This document shows, piece after piece, positions 16,001 through 25,615 of a DNA stretch of 32,000 bases. This DNA is from Candidatus Caldarchaeum sp. (GTDB lineage Archaea; Thermoproteota; Nitrososphaeria_A; Caldarchaeales; Caldarchaeaceae). The stretch lies in the NCBI GenBank assembly GCA_038885755.1, contig JAVZZH010000001.1, forward strand, positions 231,432 to 263,431, in the 5' to 3' direction. Numbering within the stretch: position 1 is the first letter of the stretch; the number at the start of each line of letters is the position of its first letter. The notes under the pieces were generated by a model. That model ran no database searches. It was not told the origin of the DNA and saw only the letters and a list, made by a program, of their open reading frames with translations. The position numbers and the translations under genes are program-made.

Positions 16001-18457
16001 TCAGCCCAGCTTACCCTCCACACGGTACAGCCTTTCCGAGATCCTTCTGTTCTCGTCCCTTACCTTCTCAATCTCCTCCCTCAAAGCCTTGTACTCGACC
16101 CCCTTCTCCAGCTGTTCTCTAATCTTCCTAGCCACCTCTCTGGCGTTCCTGCTAACCCTGCCGTTTAAATCCTGCTCAGCCAATCTGTCCAGCGTCTTTA
16201 GAAGCCTGCTGTCCATCAACTCTCTGGCGGCGGACACGACCGCTCCCCTCACCCTCTCGTTAGGGTCGTATGAAAGCTTCTCAAGCCTTTCAAACACCTC
16301 TTGCCTGTCTGGGAACTTCGCCAACCCCGCTATCGCCGCCAGCCGCACGGGAGTGGGGTGCGACGGCTCTGTTCTTCCAGCAACGTATGTGAACGCCTCG
16401 TCAGTTCCCAACTCTGAAAGGCCCGCAACCGCTCCGCATGCCACTGCGTGGGCGTGAGACTCGTAGCCGAGGGCTTTTATCAGAGCCGGTAGGTTTTCGG
16501 GATTTTTGAGCCTGCCGAGGCTTATGCACGCCGCCTGCCTTACGTAGTAGGACTCGGATGCGTCGTCGATTATCTTCTTCAGGGCTTCCTCCACCTGACC
16601 ATCCTTCTCGAAACTGCCCAGAGCCTCCACCACTCCACGCCTCACTTTGGGATGTTTGACCTCGTCAAGGCATCTGAGAAGAGCGTGCTTCGCTTCCTCG
16701 GACTTTATCTGGCCCAAGGCTTTCGCCGCTTGGTAGCTGACTCCCCAGAAGCTGTCGTGCTTGACAACTTTTTCCAACCTCTCAACAACCCGCCTCCCTC
16801 CCTGCCTGCCGAGGAACTCGACAGTTTCAAGCCTGCAGACAACGCTACCGCATTCGCCGACGGCTTTCAACGCTTCTTCGACAGGTCTCTCTACGCTGAC
16901 AGCCCTGAGCAGCTTGAGCCAAGGGTCCACGCATACGTGCGAAGGCTTTGTCTTGAGCGGAAACTGTAGAGAAACCTCTCTGACGTCCAGAGGTATCTTG
17001 CGGACAATCTTCTCGTCGCCAGCCGTAATCTCAACCTCGAGCTCCAAGTCGTAGGTCTCCGGGCAGTCGGCGCCTTGAACCTGCTTGACGTTTAGCCTGA
17101 GTAGCTGGTTCTCCGAGTCCCATCTGTAGCTGATGTTAAGGGAGGGGTGGCCGGCTGAATAGACCAGCTGCTCGAACAGATGCTCGAGCGACGTTCCAGC
17201 CTCATGCTCCAAAGCCTTGCGCAGGTCCTCTGTGTCAGCCGTCGAGAACTGATGTTTCTTCAGGAAGTGGCTAAGGCCTTTTCTAAACCTCTCCTCGCCC
17301 ACCACGTTGCTTATCGTGTGGAGGACGAGACCACCCTTGGGGTATGCGTGGCGGTCGAACAGCTCGTCGGGAGTCTTGTAAAGCCTGAAGACTACAGGCC
17401 TTGAGTATCTCCGCTGGTATTCGTCAAGGTAGGACTTGAGGTCGCTGTAGAGCTCGTACAGGAACTCGTCGTTTCCCTTGTCGTGTCTCACGTAGAGGTT
17501 CTCGAGATATGTTGCGAACGACTCGTTGAGCCAGATGTGGGACCAGTCTCTGCAAGTCACGAGGTCGCCGAACCACTGATGAGCTAGTTCGTGCGCTACG
17601 AGAGGGTCGCTGGAGAAGTCCATGTGCGCGTGGTCGTCGTGGAGGGTCAGGTCTGTGAGCGTGGTTGCCGTCGTGTTTTCCATGCCTCCTACGACGAACT
17701 CTGGAACGCATATCTGCTTGTAGGACTTGTAGGGATACGGGTAGTCTAGGTACTGGCTGAAGAACCTGATGATGTCGGCTGTCTTGCTGAAGGAGTTTTT
17801 GATGTATCTTCCCATTCCCCTTGGGACGTAGTATCCAAGCTTCACGCCGTCAAAGTTTTCCTCCATTTTGTCGAAGACGCCGGCGACGAAGCTCATCAAG
17901 TACGATGTGTGAGGCACGTCCAGCAACCAGTGCCACGTGCTCGCGTCTTTCCCTCTCTCGACGTTTACCAGCTCTCCGTTCGATACGACTTCGAGAGGCT
18001 CGGGAACGGTCGCAACAAGCTCGGTGCTGAACTTCATGTTTGGGTAGTCGTAGACGGGCATCCAGTAGCGGTTGTACTCGGGCTCGCCATGGCTCCACAC
18101 GAAGGCTCTGCTCCTATCCTCCGGCGTGATGAAGTAGAGCCCTGTACGTGGCCAAGCTCTGTAGTGGACCGACAGCTTGTGTTCCTGTCTAGAGGGTAGA
18201 GTTATTCGGAGGGTCTTGCCGTCGTAGTCGTAGCTTCCTCCCTCAACCCTAGTGACCTCCATCTCCACCGCGTCAAGCTCGACTTGGTCGCTGGAGTTTT
18301 GAAGCGTTATGGCGGCTTTCCCGTCGACCCTTCTGTCGTCAAGGTCTAGTGAGATCTCGAGTCTGTAGTGGCTGATCTTGAAAGACGGTCTTCTCGGATA
18401 ACGTGGCCTGTAGTCAGGGAAGATGAAATCTCTTCCGGCTTTCAGGTAGGGATGCAA
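16001..18457 (-). CDS. M1-family zinc aminopeptidase with C-terminal HEAT-like repeats
   Basis: GGMENTTATTL, HELAHQWFGDLVTCRDWSHIWLNESFATYLE; C-terminal repeated CLDEVKHPKVRRGVVEALG / KNPENLPALIKALG helices. Confidence 0.93.
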   Translation of the reverse strand: MHPYLKAGRDFIFPDYRPRYPRRPSFKISHYRLEISLDLDDRRVDGKAAITLQNSSDQVELDAVEMEVTRVEGGSYDYDGKTLRITLPSRQEHKLSVHYRAWPRTGLYFITPEDRSRAFVWSHGEPEYNRYWMPVYDYPNMKFSTELVATVPEPLEVVSNGELVNVERGKDASTWHWLLDVPHTSYLMSFVAGVFDKMEENFDGVKLGYYVPRGMGRYIKNSFSKTADIIRFFSQYLDYPYPYKSYKQICVPEFVVGGMENTTATTLTDLTLHDDHAHMDFSSDPLVAHELAHQWFGDLVTCRDWSHIWLNESFATYLENLYVRHDKGNDEFLYELYSDLKSYLDEYQRRYSRPVVFRLYKTPDELFDRHAYPKGGLVLHTISNVVGEERFRKGLSHFLKKHQFSTADTEDLRKALEHEAGTSLEHLFEQLVYSAGHPSLNISYRWDSENQLLRLNVKQVQGADCPETYDLELEVEITAGDEKIVRKIPLDVREVSLQFPLKTKPSHVCVDPWLKLLRAVSVERPVEEALKAVGECGSVVCRLETVEFLGRQGGRRVVERLEKVVKHDSFWGVSYQAAKALGQIKSEEAKHALLRCLDEVKHPKVRRGVVEALGSFEKDGQVEEALKKIIDDASESYYVRQAACISLGRLKNPENLPALIKALGYESHAHAVACGAVAGLSELGTDEAFTYVAGRTEPSHPTPVRLAAIAGLAKFPDRQEVFERLEKLSYDPNERVRGAVVSAARELMDSRLLKTLDRLAEQDLNGRVSRNAREVARKIREQLEKGVEYKALREEIEKVRDENRRISERLYRVEGKLG

Positions 18458-18526
18458 ACCTGCTCTTGTGGGAGTGGTTCTGGTGATGCTTTATATCTTT
18501 ACACGGTCAATCATGTGCGGAGCTAG

Positions 18527-18736
18527 ATGAGCGGGGAGAGGGTTTATGAATCTGTGATGGCTTTTCTGACTTCAAAATACGGGCCGGTTGAGCTAGAGCT
18601 GTCAAGGACTTATGAGCGTCGGGACGTGGTGGAGGTTGCAGGCAAGTTCAGGCTTGAGAGTGGGGGTGGTTGGAGGAGGTTCACGCTGCTGCTCAGCAGA
18701 GAAAACATGGAGGTAGTAGGGTTCGGCATGAGATGA
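18527..18736 (+). CDS. Hypothetical small protein, 69 aa
   Basis: TATA-like gctTTATATCTT upstream at about 18489-18500; ATG at 18527. Confidence 0.5.
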   Translation: MSGERVYESVMAFLTSKYGPVELELSRTYERRDVVEVAGKFRLESGGGWRRFTLLLSRENMEVVGFGMR

Positions 18737-18799
18737 CAACGCAGGGGCTGGGAGTTTATGTTTTTATCTGCGGCTTCACAAACCAGTGACGATGACTGT

Positions 18800-19087
18800 A
18801 TGGCTGAGGAGGATGCCAAGGCCGAGATCATGGAAAAGGTTGAGAAGCTCTACTCGGCTGTGAACCGGATAAGGTTTTACCGTGAGGTCGCGATGGATGA
18901 TAAAATCAGCGAACTCCTGACGGAGGCTGAGAAGCTGCGGACTGAGATGAGGCTTTCAGAGCAGGAGGTTGAGAAGCTGGCGGATGATTTGGACGAGTTC
19001 TACATATCCGGCTCCTCGTCCTACGGGGAGCTGGACCCTCTCAGCCACTGGGTCAACGTTGTTTACGGCAGGCTGTCTAAGCCCTAG
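18800..19087 (+). CDS. Hypothetical helical protein
   Basis: Track ORF starts at 18758, but ATG at 18800 (MAEEDAKAEIMEKVEKLYSAVNRIRFYREV) sits a promoter distance from tttttatc; acidic and helical. Confidence 0.55.
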   Translation: MAEEDAKAEIMEKVEKLYSAVNRIRFYREVAMDDKISELLTEAEKLRTEMRLSEQEVEKLADDLDEFYISGSSSYGELDPLSHWVNVVYGRLSKP

Positions 19088-20198
19088 AGAATATGCGTAT
19101 CACTTTGTCGTCTCCGGCTCTTGGAACTCCTCTACCGTCTCTGTTGCTCGTCAACACATACAAAGCTCCATCCGGGCCCTCGACGACGTCTCTCAGTCTT
19201 CCAAAAGAGTCGGTGAAGAGCTTCTCGTGGCCTACGACGGCTGTCCCGTCTTCGTTCAGAACAACTCTGTGGAGATGGGATCCTCTCAGGGCTGCGAACA
19301 GCAGCGAGCCTCGTAGGCTTGCGATGTCCCCCTGCTTGTAGACGCAGCATCCGGAAGGAGCCCATGTCTCCGAGCCGCTGTGGATCAGAGGCTTGATGAT
19401 TCCTTGAACGGCTTCGTCTCCGATTGCCGCTGGCCAGCCGTAGTTTCCGCCTGAAACTATCAAGTTAACCTCGTCGTGGGCGTATCTGAGACCCTCGCCG
19501 GATGGCCCGTGGTCTGTTGCGTACATGCGTCCATCACGCCAAGCTATTCCCTGCGAGTTTCGTAGGCCGAGGGCGTAGACCGGCGAGTTGAACGGGTTGT
19601 CGCCGGGCGTTTCTCCCTCTGGGGTGACCCTTAGGATTTTACCTCCAAGGGAGTTGATGTTCTGCGACTCGGCCGGCACCCCTCCCTCGCCCGTAGCTAT
19701 GTAAAGCATGCCGTCGGGCCCGACCTTGACCCTTCCGCCGTTGTGCACAGCCCCTCCCGTGATTCCCGAGACCACATCGACTACGTCGTCCAGCCCGCCG
19801 TCGTAGAGGGCTTTGACGACCTTGTTCATCAACCGGCCGCCAGCCCTGTACGTGTGGTAGAGGAACACCACGGTCTTCCCTCCGGCTCTCATACTCTCGA
19901 CACCCAACAGACCTCCCTCGCCTACAGCAGCAACCTCGATGAAACCCACCTCCTCAACCTTTCGGCTGCCGAGGGTGAGCAGCTTCACCGAGCCCTGTCT
20001 CTCGGTGATGAGCGCCTCGTCGTCGCTGATGAACGAGACCGACCAAGGTATCCTCAGGCCTTCTGCGACAGGCTCGGCGGACAGGGAAACATCCACGTCC
20101 ATGCTCGTCCTAGGTGTTGCGAGAACAAGCCCGGCTGCAGCCGCCAGCCCAGCAGCAGCTCCTCCCAGCAGGAACCGTCTTCGAGTGAGCGGCGCCAA
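19077..20198 (-). CDS. PQQ-dependent sugar (aldose/glucose-sorbosone) dehydrogenase-like protein, Tat-type signal
   Basis: TRRRFLLGGAAAGLAAAAGLVLA; GLRIPWSVSFISDDEALITERQGSV; GPDGMLYIATGEGG; ILRVTPEGETPGDNPF; GHRN-equivalent GLRNSQGIAW; GSETWAPSGCCVY. Confidence 0.88.
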   Translation of the reverse strand: MAPLTRRRFLLGGAAAGLAAAAGLVLATPRTSMDVDVSLSAEPVAEGLRIPWSVSFISDDEALITERQGSVKLLTLGSRKVEEVGFIEVAAVGEGGLLGVESMRAGGKTVVFLYHTYRAGGRLMNKVVKALYDGGLDDVVDVVSGITGGAVHNGGRVKVGPDGMLYIATGEGGVPAESQNINSLGGKILRVTPEGETPGDNPFNSPVYALGLRNSQGIAWRDGRMYATDHGPSGEGLRYAHDEVNLIVSGGNYGWPAAIGDEAVQGIIKPLIHSGSETWAPSGCCVYKQGDIASLRGSLLFAALRGSHLHRVVLNEDGTAVVGHEKLFTDSFGRLRDVVEGPDGALYVLTSNRDGRGVPRAGDDKVIRIFSRA

Positions 20199-20285
20199 CC
20201 CGGGTGTCCGTCGGAGTGTTGGTAAATAAGCATATGCATAAATTCCGCTGAGAGATTCAAGCTGTGGCCGTGAGGTTGTTGATGC

Positions 20286-20642
20286 TTGCGTAGAGTCATA
20301 ACCTTCAAGCCTGAGATGCTCGACCTTGTGGTCAAGGGGCTGAAGACTTCCACGGTAAGGCCTGTGAACGGGTCGGTCTACAGCGACGACCTAGTTCTCA
20401 CCGACGGTGTGAGAAGAGTTTACGCCAAGCTGTTGAGCGTGAGGAGGTTGAGGCTGGCGGAGGCAGCGAACCACTACGTCATGGAAGGCTTCAGCTCCCC
20501 AGACGAGTTCATCGAAAACATTCGCCGAATCTACCCAAGCCTAGGCCCGAACGACGAAGTAAACCTGATAGAGTTCAAGCTCCAGCCCACAGACGCCTCA
20601 GCAACGATTCCTCACCCAAACCTTCAGAGGACTCGAACATGA
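20286..20642 (+). CDS. ASCH-domain protein
   Basis: ITFKPEMLDLVVKGLKTSTVRPVNG...VYAKLLSVRRLRLAEAANHYVMEGFSSPDEFIENIRRIYP resembles the ASCH fold. Confidence 0.7.
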   Translation: MRRVITFKPEMLDLVVKGLKTSTVRPVNGSVYSDDLVLTDGVRRVYAKLLSVRRLRLAEAANHYVMEGFSSPDEFIENIRRIYPSLGPNDEVNLIEFKLQPTDASATIPHPNLQRTRT

Positions 20643-20871
20643 ACGCCACAACCCTGCCGGGCTCCGGCCTCGAGGCGGAGACCGCCATGTCGAGGCATGC
20701 CGTGAAACGCTTGTCGACAGGATGTCCAACGACTCCGACGAAAACATAGCCCTTAGGCAGGCGCGTATCCCATGCCGCCTCACCCATGTCTTATAGTCTA
20801 TGGCTCCGAGGGCTTCTGCGGCAGGCTTCCAGACAAGCTGCTCCATCCTCAAAGCCGGTTTTCCAGAAGCT

Positions 20872-21891
20872 CTATTGATGTGTTTGTTGAACTGTTTTCC
20901 AAAGATGTTTTAAAGAATGGATGTTTTTATACTGCATGGTTTGTAGAAGTTCTTTAAGCATGTCCCTGACCGCTGTAGCACCCCTATAGGCGAGCGCTGT
21001 GTAGATTTGAACGGTGTTCGCACCATTCATCAATGTATTGAGCACGTCTTCGCCGGTGAAGATTCCCCCTACAGCGTGAATTTCAAAATCCTCGCCGTAC
21101 ATGCTTCTAACTTCTTTGACGCATTTTATCATGCGCGGGTATAGCGGCCTGCCGCTTAAACCACCTCTACGGGCCGAGACTCTAGGCTCTTCAACAAGCA
21201 ACGCGTTGACGGCTGTGACGCCTTCGAACCCTGTGTCATGCCAGGTGTTGACGATCTTGTAAATAAGGTCCCGCTCCTCGCTGTTCGTGTACGGCGGTAT
21301 CTTTAGATAGGTTGGTCTCCGCTTATGCTGGTGCAGGGCTTCAGCGACCTGCTTGAATTTCTCCAGCTGAAAATAGTGGCGTAGCTGAGGCGTGTTGGGT
21401 GAGCTTATGTTGACCTCGACACCGGAAGCGAAGGGCTGAACCTCCCTGTAGCATTCTAGAAGGTTTTCCACGTCTTCATCGCTTACGCTCACCAATACAG
21501 GTATGCCAGAGTTTCCTGACATGGCGAGGTTTTGAACAAACTTTTTCAGCCCGGGGTTTGGAAAACCCATCGCGTTAACAAGGCTTTCTTCGCTTCTCCG
21601 CCGGACTATACGGGGTTTTTTCATACCTTTCCGTAGGTTCTTGGTGACGGTGCCGACTACAAGGTATCCGAACCCAAGCTTCTCCAGATGTTTAACGCAT
21701 TCGCCTGCTTTGTCGAAGCCAGCCGCCAGACCTATGGGGTTTTTTAAACGACCGAACCACGTATCCACGTAAAGCCTCTCGTCTCCGAAACCTATGTTAT
21801 ACGGCATCAGCCTAAGAAGTTTCATCCCAAGGTCGTGGGCTGCCTCCGCAGGCAGCCTCGCCAACAACGTCTGAACAAGCTTCAGCATCAT
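20872..21891 (-). CDS. pyrD: Dihydroorotate dehydrogenase (quinone-type)
   Basis: NPIGLAAGFDKAGECVKHLEKLGFGYLVVGTVT, NAMGFPNPG, VNISSPNTPQLR, GRPLYPRMIKCVKEV, AVGGIFTGEDVLNTLMNGANTVQIYTAL. Confidence 0.95.
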   Translation of the reverse strand: MMLKLVQTLLARLPAEAAHDLGMKLLRLMPYNIGFGDERLYVDTWFGRLKNPIGLAAGFDKAGECVKHLEKLGFGYLVVGTVTKNLRKGMKKPRIVRRRSEESLVNAMGFPNPGLKKFVQNLAMSGNSGIPVLVSVSDEDVENLLECYREVQPFASGVEVNISSPNTPQLRHYFQLEKFKQVAEALHQHKRRPTYLKIPPYTNSEERDLIYKIVNTWHDTGFEGVTAVNALLVEEPRVSARRGGLSGRPLYPRMIKCVKEVRSMYGEDFEIHAVGGIFTGEDVLNTLMNGANTVQIYTALAYRGATAVRDMLKELLQTMQYKNIHSLKHLWKTVQQTHQ

Positions 21892-21990
21892 GTCTTCTTA
21901 CTGCCAAGCCACGGCGATAACATAAATGTTGTCCCGTGGTTGTAGGATTTTTACGGCGGCCTCTTCAGCCCTTACGAGAAGCAGGGTTTC

Positions 21991-22269
21991 ATGAGGCTTG
22001 TTGGTGCTGTGGACGACGCAGTCGGCTTAGACTGCTCCGATGATGCCGGCGTGATGGCCAAGTTCGTCGCCTTCGACGTCGAGAAAAGCATAGGAGCTTC
22101 CGCAGATATCTGCAAGAAGACACACTCCAGCAACAACAGTCAACAAATTGGCTGGATACCTCCGGTAGGTTTTGGGAACAGCCACACTGGCGAGGCGAAC
22201 ACATCAACGACGCGCACGTCCTACTTCATCGACGCCTGTAGCCTCCATTTCGAACCCTATTTTAGTTAA
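21991..22269 (+). CDS. Hypothetical ORF, 92 aa
   Basis: Only open frame of this size in the interval; no recognised motif; weak coding character. Confidence 0.25.
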   Translation: MRLVGAVDDAVGLDCSDDAGVMAKFVAFDVEKSIGASADICKKTHSSNNSQQIGWIPPVGFGNSHTGEANTSTTRTSYFIDACSLHFEPYFS

Positions 22270-22334
22270 GGAGCAGATGAACAGCAGCATGCTACGGCTC
22301 AGCTGTAAGGACGCCTAAGAGACAGGAGACGATG

Positions 22335-22409
22335 CGGGCCCGGCGGGATTTGAACCCGCGGCCCCCGGGTTAAAAGCCCGGTGCTCTGTCCTGACTGAGC
22401 TACGGGCCC
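22335..22409 (-). tRNA. tRNA-Lys (anticodon TTT)
   Basis: Minus strand GGGCCCG-TA-GCTC...GAGC-A-CCGGG-CTTTTAA-CCCGG-...-GCGGG-TTCAAAT-CCCGC-CGGGCCC-G folds as a complete 75-nt cloverleaf; CCA not encoded; no intron. Confidence 0.95.
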
Positions 22410-22988
22410 TTCTTCGGAGCTAAACACAGTGCTTAAATCTCTCCACCGTCCTTCATTGATGATTCCGCGGCGAACGGGGCTGGATGTTTCACAACTCGAG
22501 GATTGAACTCGGAGATATTTAGAGTTAGTCCTCAGGTTCTCGAAAGGAGGCAGCGACGCACGCGTCTGTGCGATGAAAAATTCCAAGGTTTGACGATGTT
22601 GCGCCGTAGGCGATGAAGCCGGATTACACGACGCGTTTTCTTGAGCTGTAAGGACGGTGAGCCATTTATTTGTTGTATCGTCGACACCCAAGTCGGCTTA
22701 GGTTCCGTCCATCACTACGCCGTGGCCGTCGAAACCTAGGAAGACCAGAAAACCATCATACGCTAACTCTGTTCCGCCTCCGAGACGAAGATGAGGATTT
22801 AGCGGAGGTTGCTACAGCTGGCCCGCGCTAAGTCGACGAGCCGCGTGAAACCACGATACGCAAGCTTACTCTTCAGCTCTGCTCGAAGCCATGCAAACTA
22901 TCATCGAGCAAAAGCCCGCTTAGCGCGTCATGGAGAACATCGTGGGCACGCCGTAGGCTTATTCTTCGTTCGATGAGCCTCCCGAGCT

Positions 22989-24626
22989 CTAGAACCGTGG
23001 AGGAGGAGGCGGAGGAGGTGGATACCTTGGCCCAGCTCTTCTCCTCGTGATGATTAGGGCGAACGCTGCGAGCAACGCTCCAAGCACGATTGCCAAGCTT
23101 ACGTAATCCTCGCCGGATGTTTCCGGAGGAGGTGGTTTCACAGTAACCGTGACAACGATGGTCTGCGTTTCCCTGCCGAAAACCGTCTGAGTCGTGTAAA
23201 CCGTTTGAGCAACCGTGCCGGTGACGGTTCTCGTGACCGTCCTAGTGACTTCAACCGTCTCTTTTTCTTCGACGGGCGGCTCTTCACCGAGGCCGATGGA
23301 TAAAACGACCGTTCCAGCGGATTGGTCGAAACTCATCACCTTGATGACGAACCCCTCATCTGTCGCGTATTCGCTGTTTTCGAAGTTTAGTTCCAAGGGA
23401 TTGGGTAAAGCTCTGAGGCTGTGTATCCAGTTTGTCCGGTAGCTAGGCTCGATTATTGGTGCGTCAACCCCTTCGCACAACCTAACCACCCTAGATTCAA
23501 GGCGCTCGCAGATAGCTGGTGTGTCGGGATTGGCTTCAATCAGTCTGATAAAATATTTTTCGTCGACTATGTTCCTGTCAACGTATTCGTTGACGCGGAA
23601 GACGAGAACACCGGGGCCGGGAAGAGCTGCGTCGTTTTTCACAGGCCTTCGGGCATGGATAAAGTAGTATTCTTTATCGTTGATGCGGATAATGAGAGCA
23701 TGCGGTTCATCCGGTCTATCAAGCGTGTGTATCAAATATTCTCCTGTCTTCTCCACCTCGACCGCCTCTATCCATCCGAGGATGTATTTTGACCAGCCGT
23801 CGATGTCGACTGGCGGGTCGAGGAACGCACCGTAATCCATGTTTGTCCACACTCCTACTTCACTGCCCGCGCTGTATCCGTCTTTGTCGTAAACGTAGTG
23901 GTCGGATATCCACATGCTGTGCGTGAATTCATGCGCCAAAACCGCTGGAAAATCATCCTCGGCTACAGTCAGTATCCCCGCCAACAAATTCCCTTTTCCA
24001 TCCCTACCCCTATGCATGAAAAGGTCTACGGCCCAGTCGAGTCCCTGTCTACGAAGCGCTTGCTCCAATTCATCGAACCCATATTGTTCAATTAGGTCGT
24101 AGAGAACCCTCGGAACAACGCAGTGACAATGGCTCCAGACGTCGTTCGCTGACCCGCTGATAGCTTCGTCTCTCCCCGCATGTATCACTATGACGTGCTT
24201 AAACTTCGATACGTCGACACGTTCTCTTTCCTTGACTGTCTTTATCACGGTCAAGTGGTATTCCAGAATTCTTTGATTGTCGTCTCCTCTCTGCGCTCCA
24301 CTACTCGGACCGCCGTAGTAGCTCATGGTTTTAGGCAACGTGATGACTTTAGGATGAATATAGTAGTCGAGCCACGTCTTACCGTATGACGATGAGCGGA
24401 CGAAGTCGTCGACGACTTTAACTATCTGCTCCGCTTGAGTCCTGCCTATCCGCATTTTGACGTCGCTAAAATCTACTAGGACGACAAGAGTCGGCTGTGC
24501 ACCGAGGAAAGCTACCGGTTTATGCCACCTTCTCTCTTGTTGTTGAGACACTCCGGCTGGAATCAAGACACCGAGCAGAAGCAATCCTAAAACGAGGAGA
24601 ACAATTTTACGCAAACCTGTATCCAC
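22989..24626 (-). CDS. Surface-anchored M6-like metalloprotease with Thr/Val-rich stalk, C-terminal TM and polyproline tail
   Basis: HEFTHSMWISDHYVYDKDGYSAGSE zinc protease motif; TVTRTVTRTVTGTVAQTV stalk; TM; RRRAGPRYPPPPPPPPRF end. GTG at 24626 gives a signal-peptide start; track start 24740 overlaps the upstream gene by more. Confidence 0.82.
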   Translation of the reverse strand: MDTGLRKIVLLVLGLLLLGVLIPAGVSQQQERRWHKPVAFLGAQPTLVVLVDFSDVKMRIGRTQAEQIVKVVDDFVRSSSYGKTWLDYYIHPKVITLPKTMSYYGGPSSGAQRGDDNQRILEYHLTVIKTVKERERVDVSKFKHVIVIHAGRDEAISGSANDVWSHCHCVVPRVLYDLIEQYGFDELEQALRRQGLDWAVDLFMHRGRDGKGNLLAGILTVAEDDFPAVLAHEFTHSMWISDHYVYDKDGYSAGSEVGVWTNMDYGAFLDPPVDIDGWSKYILGWIEAVEVEKTGEYLIHTLDRPDEPHALIIRINDKEYYFIHARRPVKNDAALPGPGVLVFRVNEYVDRNIVDEKYFIRLIEANPDTPAICERLESRVVRLCEGVDAPIIEPSYRTNWIHSLRALPNPLELNFENSEYATDEGFVIKVMSFDQSAGTVVLSIGLGEEPPVEEKETVEVTRTVTRTVTGTVAQTVYTTQTVFGRETQTIVVTVTVKPPPPETSGEDYVSLAIVLGALLAAFALIITRRRAGPRYPPPPPPPPRF

Positions 24627-25608
24627 ACCTCCTGCATGCAAAGTCTCCAGCATAGACGGGGAATCTACAGGCGGGGCAGTATCCCACGATTGACGGCGGC
24701 GGGGGTGGGGGCTGCTGATAGGTCGATGAGGGCGGCGCATACACTGGATACGGATAGGTTGGCGGTAGAGGTCTTTTCCTAGCCCGCGTAAAGAATAGGG
24801 TTGCTCCGATTATTCCCGCCGATACACCGACGGCTACGGGTAGCGGAAAGACCGCTGAACTAGGTGGTTGAACTTCTGCTTGAACGGTCGCGGTCGTGGA
24901 GACCGTTGTAGTGGCTACGATGGTTTCTACGCGTGTTTCTACTCTTGTCAAAGTTTCTATCGCCGTTTCGGTTACCGTCTCCGTCCTTTCCTGCACCACC
25001 GTGGTTCTAGTTGTGGCAACGGCTGTTGTCCTCCGCGTGGTCACCGGCGTCGTGTAAGTCGACGTCGACGCCACGGCCCCGCTCTGCTCGATGTTCACTA
25101 GCTGCAGGCCTTTTTTCTGGCCGAATATCACGCCGAGAAGCAGGCCTTTCAACCGGCTGAAAGGCTCTGGCCCGTCTTCGATAAACATCCAGAAAGTCGA
25201 CTGGTCTGTCGAAGCAACGATCGTGAGCTTAATGCCTTGCATCTCAAGTCCTTTCTGAGCGACTACGACATCTACTCCACCGAACTTGAAACGCGTTCCG
25301 GGGCTTAGGTCGAGTGGAATCCATAAATCAATCCTCACTCCCGGCTGAATTTCTCCGTTGGGCTTGACGTTTAAGCTGGTCGGCCTCATGACATCCGATT
25401 GGATGGCGACGGTGATGGCCTGAGGTGAGACGGATTCGATTATGTATCTGTGGAAAAGGTTCTCAAGCTGCTGTTTCTGCAAGTCGACGACTTGATATAC
25501 AAAAACGAATCCACGCTGAATGTATGGAGGCGGCTGCTGCGAGTATACGGGAGCAACCAAGGCCAAAGCAATTATGGAAACGGTTAACAAAGAAAGTAGT
25601 GAGCGCAT
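24607..25608 (-). CDS. Secreted/anchored protein with Thr-rich stalk, TM, Pro-rich tail and C-terminal zinc ribbon
   Basis: MRSLLSLLTVSIIALALVAPVYS signal; TTRRTTAVATTRTTVVQERTETVTETA stalk; TM; YCPACRFPVYAGDFACRRCGYRFA. Confidence 0.8.
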   Translation of the reverse strand: MRSLLSLLTVSIIALALVAPVYSQQPPPYIQRGFVFVYQVVDLQKQQLENLFHRYIIESVSPQAITVAIQSDVMRPTSLNVKPNGEIQPGVRIDLWIPLDLSPGTRFKFGGVDVVVAQKGLEMQGIKLTIVASTDQSTFWMFIEDGPEPFSRLKGLLLGVIFGQKKGLQLVNIEQSGAVASTSTYTTPVTTRRTTAVATTRTTVVQERTETVTETAIETLTRVETRVETIVATTTVSTTATVQAEVQPPSSAVFPLPVAVGVSAGIIGATLFFTRARKRPLPPTYPYPVYAPPSSTYQQPPPPPPSIVGYCPACRFPVYAGDFACRRCGYRFA

Positions 25609-25615
25609 CTTCGCA

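Noticed and set aside
20575-20852. ORFs 20575..20787 - and 20598..20852 -
   Set aside because: No homology and no promoter; Ser/Arg-rich translations overlapping the end of the ASCH gene and a spacer. Not strong enough to call.
22299-22691. 130-aa minus-strand ORF
   Set aside because: Runs through the complete tRNA-Lys gene (GPVAQSGQSTGLLTRGPRVQIPPGP is translated tRNA sequence).
24627-24740. N-terminal extension of the M6-like protease ORF
   Set aside because: Overlaps the upstream gene and precedes the signal peptide; GTG 24626 gives VDTGLRKIVLLVLGLLLLGVLIPAGVS, a normal secretion start.
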